Shown in pieces: positions 31,866 to 47,543 of a DNA stretch of 64,000 nt. The position numbers and the translations under genes are program-made. Source of the stretch: Blastocladiella emersonii ATCC 22665 (Eukaryota > Fungi > Blastocladiomycota); assembly GCA_025594325.1 (NCBI GenBank), contig JANHCV010000010.1:1116001-1180000 (forward strand), read 5' to 3'. Every line of letters starts with the position of its first letter. Position 1 is the stretch's first letter. The notes beneath the pieces are model-generated. The model was not told the origin of the DNA. It made no database searches and was given only the letters and a program-made list of their open reading frames with translations.

Positions 31866-33775
31866 ATGAAGCTGATGCAATCCACCATGAATGTGGCCCT
31901 CAACATACCCGAGCTGATTGAGCGCGCCTTGTGTTTTGCCGTGTGGTCGCTCGACCGCGACGATCTCGACGGCTTCCAGCAGATTGCCAGTGTCACACAT
32001 GCCAACCTTATCCCGCGCGTGCACAAGGCCATCTTGCGCCACTCAAGCTACCACGCCGTCGATCGGGCCATGCGGACGGGCCACGTCGCGCTCCTGGACA
32101 AATGCCGTGCTTTGGGCGTCCCGATTGTGTACCAGCTCAGCACTCTGCGCGCTTCGCCGCTGCGCACGCTCGACTGGTTTCGTGATTCAGGCCTTGTAAT
32201 CCCGACGCTTCGAATGGATGACTTTACCGTCACCGATTATCGCGTGCGCCCTGCGCTTGGGTTCCCCAAATCCGAGTATGATGAACTGCTTCACTCCTGG
32301 AACGTATGTTGAGTCCCGTATCCTCATCCCGGGTTGTCCAATTGGGCAGGTCAACTCACTCATTTCTAACCCGTTGTGAAAAGGATTTTGCTGAGCGTAT
32401 TCAAACCGACTCAGGCATCTTTGCGGCCGTCGACGCGATCGCCAGCGGTGCACAGTCCGAGCTCGTGCTTCGCTATCAGCCCATTACCCTCAAGGGCATC
32501 AACGCTCTCAACGCCGCCGTGGCGACCAAAACTCAACATCTCGTGACCCTCAACCTGAACGGCAGCACCATTGACTGCCAGCGACTCTCTCACTTCCGCT
32601 TCCCCTCGACCCTTACTTCACTCAACCTCAGCCGCACTTGGATTCTCGAAACGGCGGACCGGCGCTGGATTGACTCGTGGCAGTGGCCGCCTCAGCTTCA
32701 GCACCTTGACTTTTCGCTCAACATGTCTGACGCAAACTATGGCACCCGGCTTCTCGAACGTCTTCCTTGCGGACTCAAGTCGCTCAAGATCAACGACAAC
32801 AGGTACGGCGACCACCTCGTTCTGACTATCCTCAAGAGTCTCCCGCCGTCCGTCATCGAGCTCGGCCTTGACGGTAACCGGATCACGGCCGCGGGTCTCA
32901 CGGACATGTGCCCGCACCTTCCCCCCGCGCTCGAGTCGCTCTCCATGGTTGGAAACCAATTCGGCAGCGGGAACCCCACCTGTGCCTTCCGCTGGTCGTT
33001 CCCCGCGACCGTCAAGACTCTCATTCTCAACGGCAACGACCTTAGCGCCTGCGGCGCACGCGCTCTGGCTGACGCGATGCCGCCTAGCCTCGAGGAGCTA
33101 CATCTCAAGCGCAGCACTATTTCGGAACAGGGCGCGAGGCACCTGCTTGCTGTACTTCCAGCGACGCTCCGCAGTCTTGACCTGTCGAGCATTGATCCCA
33201 GCCCTGCGATTCTGCGCTTGCTTTCGCGCAGTCTACCTGCTGGGCTTGAGCGGCTCACCCTCATGCGTGTGGGCTTGGACCCCAATGTCGCCGCGTACAT
33301 GCTCCGCCGGCTGCCGCGAACGCTTCGCCATCTCAATCTCGCCAGTAACCACATTGACATACGCGCGATTCGCGTGCTTGAGCAGTGCATGCCAGCCAAC
33401 CTTGAATCGCTCCACCTGAAGGGCACGGTGCTGGATGACGATGCCGTCGCCCTTCTCGCCCCCGCGTTGCCCACCACTTTGCGCTCACTCAACCTCTCCG
33501 TGAATCCCATCACGGACGACGGCGCGCTTGCACTTGCGCAGCATCTGCCGCCGGCCCTCGAAGAGCTTCTTATGCAACAGACCGCGATCACGACCGAGGT
33601 CGGGGAAGCGGCAATTCGCTCGTCTGCGCCCGCATCGCTCACCAACTTGCAGCTTTTGTTCGCACTCGTGCCCTACAACGGTTTCGAGTCTGAGCCTGGG
33701 TCAGAGTCCGAATTTGACGACTCTGACGAGGAGGATGGCGACGGGTTGGAGTCGGATGGGTCCGACTGGGACTGA
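31866..33775 (+). CDS. Intact F-box-like/ankyrin-like/LRR family protein with acidic tail; exons 31866-32303 and 32384-33775
   Basis: NIPELIERAL, AMRTGHVALLD and LDWFRDSGL. A phase-0 intron GTATGT..CTAAC..AAG joins the two ORFs. About 14 LRRs with a 26-aa period. Confidence 0.88.
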
Positions 33776-34550
33776 TTCGATTGCTTGTTTGCATGAGTTG
33801 ATGCGATTCGAATTTACTGCACCTTCTTGAACAATCCGTGGTGGCGGCGCGTGTGCCAAACGCCGAGTCGTGCGCCAAAAGTCTAGCAATGTCAAGACGG
33901 TAAATCAAAACAAAACGTTGATGACCTTGCTTGTCTGACGCGCCGCGCGAAGGACGCGACTTGATGCGCTTTTGGCGGATTGATGGCCGCGATCACAACC
34001 ACCGCGCCATGAGAGTTGAGTACCTGCAGCCCCGAGAAATGATGCTGCGACAGGGCACGAACCAATGAAGAGCTTGGTGGTGGCTCCCGCGGAACGATGA
34101 GAACCTCAGCGCGCAAAGGTAGCATGCGGCCAGAGAACGCTGCAATAAATCACGCCATGTGTGCCGTCAAGCACCGACGCGTGCGACCAGCGATGTGGAT
34201 TCATATGGAGGCTTCATGGCGTGGGACTGAGCTTGATAGACTGGATCAAACAGCGCTTACAAGTCAAGCGATTGGAGAAGGCGCGACGCGATCTCACATG
34301 TGGCTTCGCGTGCCGTTATTGCCCTGCCGTAGGGTTTTTGCTTGCCGCGTCGTCCGCGTTTGCGGGAGACGTACCGTGGCCGTAACAGCAGAAGCGGCCG
34401 CAACCGCCGCTGGAAGCACCCCACCGTTACAGTTGTTTCTGATCGTAGTGAAGTTGGTTGCGTTACTGGCGTTACTGGCGCTAGCTTGACCGGAAGGGAC
34501 GCGAGCAGGGGCGTGAGCAGGGGCACGAGCGAGAAGGGACGCGACGCGAT

Positions 34551-34558
34551 ATCACGTG
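34551..34558 (+). promoter_or_regulatory. ATCACGTG E-box upstream of the 34676 family member
   Basis: Located 125-118 bp upstream of the ATG; fits the ATCAYGTG consensus of paralogs. Confidence 0.4.
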
Positions 34559-34675
34559 TGGCTGGATGACCCAATTTGTGCCCGGCTGAGTTGACCGCCG
34601 GCTTCCTCGGGTCAGCTCTCCCCAATGTATTAATACTGTGCAGCTCATGAAATCCTGATGGAAACTTGATGCAAC

Positions 34676-36442
34676 ATGTTCTCTGCGCTTTATGCTCCTC
34701 GAATCCTTAACCGGATCCTCGTCCACGCGGTCAACTTGCACCCCGACCCGAACGACGTTGCTGGCCTCATGCAATACGCCCGCGTCGCCCGACACGAGCT
34801 TATCCCAGGCGTTCAGCCTGCTCTCTTGGCTCGTTGCCCCCTGTTCTCACTTCACGAAGCCACTGCGAACGGCAAAGTTCGCGTGCTGGACAAGTGGGCC
34901 GAGCTTGGCCTGCCGCTTCACTGCTCGACGGATGCCTTGAACGAGGCCATTGACGGTGGTCACTTGTTGTCTCTCGAGTGGTGGCGTGACTCCGGGGCCC
35001 TCGCCCTGCACGAAGTCGGGACCTGGGCCGATGATTACGAGATTGAGGCCGATGCCCGCCTCGCGCTCGGTCTTGGCGAGAGTATTTACGACGGCGACGA
35101 CTTGATTGTACGTGTTTCGTCATCTCAGTATTACGAAGCTCGGCGAACTTAACCGACTTGCGAATGCGCGCGAACACAGGGCCACTCGACCCCGCCCGTT
35201 GTGGATGTAGGCATCGAGTCAGTGCGAGCTGATGTTGCCGAAGGACACTTGACCGAGCTCGAGCTGACCAACGAAGCCATCTCGCCCGCTGGTATCGCAA
35301 CGCTCAACGCCGCCATGGCCTCGTCCTCCCAAAATTTGCGCTCAGTGTCCTTCACTGGCTGTACGCTCGATCTGCCCCGCCTCCTTGCACTGCGACTGCC
35401 CGAGTCGGTCGTGTCCGCCACTTTCGATGGACACTGGCTCGGGAGCAACAGTTTGGCTCGCGAACTTGTGCCCATGCCGTGGCCCTCGCGACTCGAGTCG
35501 CTCACGCTGAGCTCGAGCGACTTCTCGGAGGCTCTGGAACTTGTGCTCGCCCGCCTTCCGCCCAGTCTCACCTCGCTGTCGCTCACGGGCTGCGGAATTG
35601 ACGACGACGCTGCCGAATCACTCGCGCTCCTTTTCCCCCCTTGCCTCACGTCGCTCGACCTCCGCTACAATGATTTTTCGGGGATCGGGCTTGCGGTTCT
35701 CGGTCCCATGCTTCCTGCCTCGCTCCTCACGCTGAACCTGAGCAATACCGGGCTCAACGAATCAGACAAGCCGCTTTGTTGGAGCTTCCCGGTGTCACTG
35801 ACCGAAATCAGTGCCGAGTACAACACGTTTGGCGCCGAGGAAGCTCGTGCACTCGCGGATTCATTCCCACCAAACCTCAAAGTGCTCGGCCTCGGCCACA
35901 GCCATATCGACCTTGCCCAGCTGCCGCGCCTTCTTGCGTCGCTGCCTCCATCCATCACCGAGCTGGAGCTCTGCCGCGTCGAGCTTGACGACATAGTCGC
36001 CCATGCGCTCATCGATGCGCTTCCCGCTCAGCTGAGCACGCTCGATCTCTACTTGAGCAACTTGTCTGCCTCGAGTAGCACGGAACTCATACCGCGGCTG
36101 CCCCACACGCTGCGCCAGCTCAACCTTTCCGGAGCCGAGCTTGGTCTAGCCGGATCGGCGCTACTTGCGAAGCACATGCCTCCGCAGCTCGAGGCTCTCC
36201 ACCTTCGCATGGCGCACCTCGATGATGCTGCTCTCACCAAGCTTGTGCCTGCTCTCCCTGCGACGCTCCTCACCCTGCAGCTCGACATGAACGGCATCAC
36301 CGATATTGGCGCAAAGCTGCTTGCTGCGCACATCCCGCCTCGCCTCGAGTTCCTGACACTTTTTGACAACAAGCTCAGCGAAAGTGGCAAGGCCGCGTTC
36401 GAAGCCGCTGCTCCGCCGAGTCTGACAACGTATCGACTCTGA
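34676..36442 (+). CDS. Intact F-box-like/ankyrin-like/LRR family protein; exons 34676-35107 and 35180-36442
   Basis: APRILNRILVHAV, ATANGKVRVLDKW and GHLLSLEWWRDSG. Phase-0 intron GTACGT..CAG. LRR array is colinear repeat-for-repeat with the 31866 gene, including the shared WSFP repeat. Confidence 0.88.
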
Positions 36443-36660
36443 GGCACTTGACGAAATGGTTGCGAGTTCGTGATTTGTGCGTTTCTTTGTATGAATACAG
36501 ACCGTTTTGATTACGCGGAGGTGATTTGACAGATTTCGCGCGCCCCGCCGAGTTTCGTGAGTTGAAGAGCATGTACGTGTAGCAGCCGTGAGCACTCGAG
36601 CATTTGAGCACTCGATAAGGCGGAGTCCATGTAACGTTGGTGCTGCGAGACGCGCCGAAC

Positions 36661-36680
36661 AATCATGTGAGAACAGGTGA
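36661..36680 (+). promoter_or_regulatory. Double E-box AATCATGTGAGAACAGGTGA upstream of the 36772 gene
   Basis: 18/20 match to the element at 7851-7870; lies 111-92 bp upstream of the ATG at 36772. Confidence 0.55.
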
Positions 36681-36771
36681 TCAACCGAAAGCTGTTTCTC
36701 TCGAGCGACCCCTTTCGCTCGGCGCTTCCCGTCTCTCGGTCGCGCCCGCGTCACCACTCTTAGAGCGAACC

Positions 36772-38181
36772 ATGAAGCAGATACCATGCAGCGACTCCCC
36801 GCAAATGCGGCAACAAGTTTTCTTGCCCTATGACGTCGTCGAAGAAATTCTCGTCCAGGTCGTCAAGCTCGACCCGCGCGGCGCCGACCCGCTCCCGCTC
36901 CTGCGAGTTCTTCCTGGTCTCAGTCAGCTCCGCCACGCTATTTTCCGTTTCTCTTTGCATCCTCGAGTTACACGTGCTCTCGACCCGTCGCACAAAGCGC
37001 TTCGCGATACTTTGATCGAGCACCGCCGCCCTTGCTCGGATCCCGCTCAGCTTGGATTCTACGTTTGCCTGATCAGCTCCGCCGGGCGCCTCGACTTGCT
37101 GGACAAGTGTGTTGGATTTGACTGGAGCAAGTTTCCCGCGCCGTACCCGGCCGACATTGCGTCCGCGTGCGGGCAGGCGGACGTTCTCAAGTGGCTCAAG
37201 GCGCACGGTCGCGTCGGCCGGTACACGGAAGACACCGTGGAGGAGGCCTGCTCGCGCGGGCACATCCAGGTGCTCGAGTGGTGGTCGGACGAGTCAGACC
37301 TCGAAATCAAGTTTACTTGGCGATGCATGGAGGGCGCCGTCAAGAACAACCACCTTGACGTCGTCGAATGGTTCGTCGATAAAGTTCACGAGCCATGGAA
37401 CGAGGTCTTGAACCTTCTCCCCACGTTCGCCATCGAGGCGGAAAACATGGAAATTCTCGACCGCCTCGATGACTACCTGCCCAGGAATTGGGCGGCCTTT
37501 GCACTTATCGGAATGGTGAATTGGGGTCGGACTCTGAAGGACGTCGTCGACAACAAGCGCATCCAGGTGCTCGATTGGATCTACTCGACCCGGAACTTTT
37601 ACGACGTCTGCCGATCGTTCATACATCATCTCGAGTCAGCCATTACGAAAGATGTGTACATGGACTGCTCGCCGTGCTGCCCCGGCTGCAAGGAAAGAAA
37701 CGATATTATTGGCCACGACAACGATGCTTTGGTCAAGATCATGCGCGCGTTCTGGTCCAACGTCCTCGATTACGCGGCCGCTTCCAGCAACAAGGAGGTT
37801 CTAGCCTGGTTCTGCCAAAATGTATCAAACAACGACATGGAATTCTCCGTTGATATTCCCAAGGTCAACTTCACGTTCTGGGAACGGGCGATCCAGCGCA
37901 CGAGTGCTTCCAACAACGTTCTCGCCCTCGCCCTGTTCCGCGAGTTGCTGCCCGAGGGCGACTTTGTTCGCCCAGCAGCTTGGGACTGCGTGGCACCCGG
38001 CGACGATCCGGCCAAGGTCAACGCGCGTCTGAACTGGTGGGCTCGCACGGGTCTGCCCGTTAGCGAGAAACAAGTCTGCGACGATTCGAGTGACTCTGGC
38101 AGCGATGACAGTGACAATTCGGATGCCGGTGACAGCAGCGACAGCGACGGCTCGGGGCTCGGCTACTGCCGCGCCAACTAG
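36772..38181 (+). CDS. F-box-like plus degenerate ankyrin-repeat protein without LRRs, intronless
   Basis: FLPYDVVEEILVQV..LLRVLP N-terminus; repeats ASACGQADVLKWL, ACSRGHIQVLEWW and AVKNNHLDVVEWF; acidic tail. The first ATG is at 36772, inside the longer GTG-started ORF. Confidence 0.82.
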   Translation: MKQIPCSDSPQMRQQVFLPYDVVEEILVQVVKLDPRGADPLPLLRVLPGLSQLRHAIFRFSLHPRVTRALDPSHKALRDTLIEHRRPCSDPAQLGFYVCLISSAGRLDLLDKCVGFDWSKFPAPYPADIASACGQADVLKWLKAHGRVGRYTEDTVEEACSRGHIQVLEWWSDESDLEIKFTWRCMEGAVKNNHLDVVEWFVDKVHEPWNEVLNLLPTFAIEAENMEILDRLDDYLPRNWAAFALIGMVNWGRTLKDVVDNKRIQVLDWIYSTRNFYDVCRSFIHHLESAITKDVYMDCSPCCPGCKERNDIIGHDNDALVKIMRAFWSNVLDYAAASSNKEVLAWFCQNVSNNDMEFSVDIPKVNFTFWERAIQRTSASNNVLALALFRELLPEGDFVRPAAWDCVAPGDDPAKVNARLNWWARTGLPVSEKQVCDDSSDSGSDDSDNSDAGDSSDSDGSGLGYCRAN

Positions 38182-38362
38182 TACACTCCCTGACATCAAC
38201 TGGATTTGGTAACTGTATCTCGTACATTCCCAGTGTTTCCTCGAAACCGACTTTGGTCATCTCCCCATGACAGCAGAGGACTTAAGCGCACGCCATCTGA
38301 TTCAAGAAAAATAGTTGCATGTATCCTCCACCCTCTCTCCCTCCTCCCTTGCGCGCCGCCCA

Positions 38363-41594
<3,232 letters not shown>

Positions 41595-41960
41595 GGTGGC
41601 GACGGCGACGGTGACGGTGGTAGCAGAACCCCACGAGGTGATCGGAGAGATAGCCACGCAACCCCTGATCGGGCGGAGCGGGCGGTCGGTGACGGTGACG
41701 GGTCGCTCGTTGGCCGGCCAGCGGCAGCGGCGGGAGATTTCGTCGTCGACGTCGTCAAGTGATTCGTCGTCGCCGGGCCCCCTTGCGGGCGCTTTTACAT
41801 TACGGCTTCTCCAGATGCGGAGGGGAGGGAGAAGACGATGGCGAAGCGCGAGCGGGACGCGTTCCACCCGAAACGCGTCTCGCACGTCTCACGTGGGCGG
41901 GAAAATGTCTCGCACCGACATCACTTTTGTTTGGCGAAACACGGTCGCTGTATTCAATAC

Positions 41961-43400
41961 TCACCAACTGCCCTTATTCTTCCCACCGAGCTTCTTGCGC
42001 TCCTCGATCTCGCGCTGCTTGATCGCGCGGACCTTGGCGAGCTCGTCCTCGCGGCCGAGCCAGTACCCCGTGCTTTCGGGCGGCGGATCCGCCGAGTCGC
42101 CCCACCACGGCACGTTCTTCACGCCCTTCCAGTACTGGGCCTCGGGGCACGTCTGGGCGGCGGGCCCGGGGCCCTTGTCGGCGAGGGTGATGTTGCGGAT
42201 CGAGTAGAAGGCGTCGCCGAACCGGTGGTCCTCGAAGTAGGCGCAGATGGCGTTGACCTCGGGCGTCGGGTGCCAGGCGCGGCCGCGGACGACGTGCGCG
42301 GGCGAGTTGCCGTGGTCGCTCGCCTGGCGCGGGTCGTCGAGGTCCTCGGCCGAGACGTGGAGCTTGGGCAGGTCGATCTCCTTGGGGGAGACGAGCGCGT
42401 TGGTCTGCTCGAGCACCTCGCACGGCTGCATGACCATTTTGCGGTAGTAGTCGAGCTCGCGCAGGTTGGCGCCGACATTCTGGCCGAGCAGGCGCTTGTC
42501 GAGGTGGTGCACGGGCATGGCGTCGACGACGGCGAACCGGCACATGCCGTGCGCCGCGCACACGGGGTACCACGCGTTGTCCGTCCCCCAAAAGCTGACG
42601 CCGTCGAACGGCAGCAGCCGCCACGCGCACGGCCACGCGGCCCGGCTGAAGATCGGGAACATGACCTCGACGAAATTCGTCATCCGGCCGACGTGTTTCC
42701 CGGAGCGGACGGCCGTGGTGTTGTGCAGGCGCACCGTGTTGCGCTGGCCGTTGTCGCGGAGCCCCGAGAGCAGCGCCGGCTGGGCGACGTGCAGGTGGTA
42801 GTCCTTGAGCAGGCGCGTGAAGTCGGTCGGGCTCCACCCGTCGGGCAGGCCGACGTCGTCGTCCCACAGGTACAGGTAGTCGTAGTTGTCGACGACCTGC
42901 GGCGGCAGGAACCGCTTGGCGTACCAGTATTTCGTCTGGCGGTTGGCCTTGACGGCGGTCCACCGCTTGTACGCGGGCACGTCCGACCAGTCGGCGTCGT
43001 CGTAGTGGAACAGCATCACGTCGAACCCGTGCGCGTCGAACAGCTCGAGCACGGGGCGGATGTGCGGCTTCGACTTGGCGCCCACGGGGACCGCCAGCAA
43101 CCCGATCTTGCGGGCGAGCGGCGGGTCGCGCGGCGCGATCCCGTTCGTAATGTGCGCCAGGTTGCCCGGCTCGCGCTCCGCGAACGCAAACGTCGTCGTG
43201 TGCGGCGGGATCAGCCGGTGGTACACGGTCGGCAGCGTCGTCGGGATCCCCAGCAGGAACCAGTACAGGAACGCCGTCAGCAGCATCGCGCCCACGGCGG
43301 CTTGCGGCCGCGACACGGTCCGCGCCGACGCGAGTAGCGGCGCCAGCAGCGGCTTGAGCAGCGGCGACGGCGGCGCCGAGGTCCGCGGGAGGAGCGCCAT
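41961..43400 (-). CDS. DUF707-family type II membrane protein (putative GT-A glycosyltransferase), intronless, 479 aa
   Basis: N-terminal TM AMLLTAFLYWFLLGI; LLAVPVG, FDVMLFHYD, QTKYWYAKRFL, YDYLYLWDDD, AQPAL and FVEVMFPIFSRAAWPCAW are recognised from the DUF707 pattern. Confidence 0.8.
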   Translation of the reverse strand: MALLPRTSAPPSPLLKPLLAPLLASARTVSRPQAAVGAMLLTAFLYWFLLGIPTTLPTVYHRLIPPHTTTFAFAEREPGNLAHITNGIAPRDPPLARKIGLLAVPVGAKSKPHIRPVLELFDAHGFDVMLFHYDDADWSDVPAYKRWTAVKANRQTKYWYAKRFLPPQVVDNYDYLYLWDDDVGLPDGWSPTDFTRLLKDYHLHVAQPALLSGLRDNGQRNTVRLHNTTAVRSGKHVGRMTNFVEVMFPIFSRAAWPCAWRLLPFDGVSFWGTDNAWYPVCAAHGMCRFAVVDAMPVHHLDKRLLGQNVGANLRELDYYRKMVMQPCEVLEQTNALVSPKEIDLPKLHVSAEDLDDPRQASDHGNSPAHVVRGRAWHPTPEVNAICAYFEDHRFGDAFYSIRNITLADKGPGPAAQTCPEAQYWKGVKNVPWWGDSADPPPESTGYWLGREDELAKVRAIKQREIEERKKLGGKNKGSW

Positions 43401-43658
43401 GGTAGAGGTGCGCGCGCGTGCGTTTGGTTGATGCGTAGCAGGGTACTGGGTTTGCGTGGTGGAGAGGGGGAGGAGAGAGTGGAAGCGGCGCGGCGATGAC
43501 GGCGAGGCGGCCCCCTGGGCGGCCCCGCCACCCCGCCGACCAAAAGCGAGGCGCACGTGACGGGCGTCGTCGAGACGGCTTCCGCCGCTTCGGCCTCGCC
43601 GGTCCCTTTTCTTCTCCTCCCCCTCCCCTAGACCCTCAAAAGTGTGCACCGGCACTCC

Positions 43659-44336
43659 ATGCAACTCTCGAACCCCGGCAAGATGCGACAAGCCTCGCCC
43701 ACGCGCAAGTACAACGTGTCTGCGCCGCTCCAGCCGACGTCGGCGTCCCCGCTGCGCTTCGTGATCACGGACTGCCCCGAGTCGGCGACGCTGGGCGACT
43801 ACATTGACGCGCTGCAGCAGCGCGCGCCGAGCGTCGCGCACGTGGTGCGGATCAGCGACGCGAGCTACGACTACGACCCCGCGCCCCTCGCGGCCGCCGG
43901 CATCGCGGTGCACGACGACATCAAGTTCGCGGACGGCACGGTGCCGAGCGCGGCGCAGGTCAAGCAGTGGCTCGAGTTTCTGGGCGGGGTCATGGACGCC
44001 GCGGAAGCGCAGGGCAAGACCGAGTGCCCGACGGTGGCCGTGCACTGCGTCAGCGGGATCGGGCGCGCGCCGCTGCTCGTCGCGATCGCGTTCGTCGAGA
44101 GCGGAATCGACTCGCTCGACGCGGTCGAGGCGGTCCGTAAGCAAAGGCGCGGCGCCTTCAACACGACCCAGGTGCGCTGGCTCGCCGACTACAAGGCCAA
44201 GAACCGGCTCGCGCCCAGCAAGCGGAAAAAGGCCGGCAGCGGAGGTGGGGGTGGTGGGTTCCTGGGCGGGCTGTTTGCGTCGCTCAAGAAGAAGACGAGC
44301 TCGGCCGACGTGAAGAAGCAGACGACGAAACCGTAG
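43659..44336 (+). CDS. PRL/PTP4A-like dual-specificity phosphatase (start at 43659 or 43683)
   Basis: LRFVITDCP, VVRI, FADG, catalytic HCVSGIGRAPLLVAIAFVE and VRKQRRGAFN align to PTP4A. Confidence 0.9.
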   Translation: MQLSNPGKMRQASPTRKYNVSAPLQPTSASPLRFVITDCPESATLGDYIDALQQRAPSVAHVVRISDASYDYDPAPLAAAGIAVHDDIKFADGTVPSAAQVKQWLEFLGGVMDAAEAQGKTECPTVAVHCVSGIGRAPLLVAIAFVESGIDSLDAVEAVRKQRRGAFNTTQVRWLADYKAKNRLAPSKRKKAGSGGGGGGFLGGLFASLKKKTSSADVKKQTTKP

Positions 44337-45362
44337 TAAACGCATAGATCCTCTTTTTGCTCATCGTGTTGGCGGGTGGAGAGCGGGAACACGTTCCGTT
44401 GAGCTCGGTCGGTTGAGTTGCATCACGCCCGTGAAGTGGCGGACAAGCAGCGCGCAGCATGGGTCACGGCCAGGCCGAAATGAACGCCACCGCAGCCGGA
44501 GGAGAACGGAGCGGGCCGGGGCAGGGTGGCACAGCAGCAGCAGCAACGTCTCGCCTCCGAAACGCGGCGCCGTGATTGGCTGGCCCGGGGCCGAGGGCGT
44601 GCACGCGTGTGAGACAAAAATCCATCGCGGTGCCTGGTCCGACACTGCGACACTCACGCCCGAGAGAAGAAGGGAGACGTTCTTTCACGCGACGCGACGC
44701 GCGCGACACGGGGGAGGAGACATCAGCCGGGCCGAAAGGGGACGGGGCAGCGCAGCCGGAAGCTAGCGCCTCGATCGGGGAGGGAGGGAGGCGGGCGCGT
44801 GCGCAGCAGCGGCAACAAGCGAGCGGAGATGAGATGGTGGGTGGCGCGGTGGCGGCGGCGGGAGACAAAGTGAAATCGCGCCGTTCACCAGTCATGCGGA
44901 TCACATGCGCGGCGGTTTTCGCGGTTTTCGGGCGGCGGCGCGGCGCCGTGCGCAGCGTTTACGCCACGCTGGCGGGCTCGGCCGGCGCGACGACGACGAC
45001 GGCCGGCGATTAAAATCACCGTGATGGCCGCATAAAAAATCTTGAGCCATGTGAGACAGAGTTTCTGGGCGGGACGGGCCGTGAGGCGTGGGGGCGCGAG
45101 GCAGCGCGGCCGATCCCCCTGGTGGCAACCCCGGCGCGCCCCCTGCTGACCGCGCCAAACACGCACTCTCACACGGCGGCGCTGCTGCTGGCTTCCCAGA
45201 CGCCGCCCCGCCCGCCCCGCCGCCGCCCGCCCGCCCGCGCCCCCCTCTCCCTCCCTCCCCTCTTTAGCGCGCCCGCACCCGCCGACCCATCCTCTCTCCT
45301 CGTCGCGCACTCTCTCTCCCGAGCTCAGCTTCCCCCCCACCCCACTCCCCCCACTCTTCAAC

Positions 45363-47543
<2,181 letters not shown>

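Noticed and set aside
33892-34160. Possible minus-strand LRR relic (FSGLQVLNSH)
   Set aside because: A single short motif is too weak to distinguish from chance.
29526-36442. LRR genes as NLR immune receptors
   Set aside because: No NACHT or NB-ARC P-loop (GxxGxGKS/T) or HET/HeLo-like domain is visible in or beside them.
41961-44345. 794-aa minus-strand ORF as one protein
   Set aside because: The upstream 315 codons are the antisense of the PRL gene plus intergenic DNA. The credible start is the ATG at 43400.
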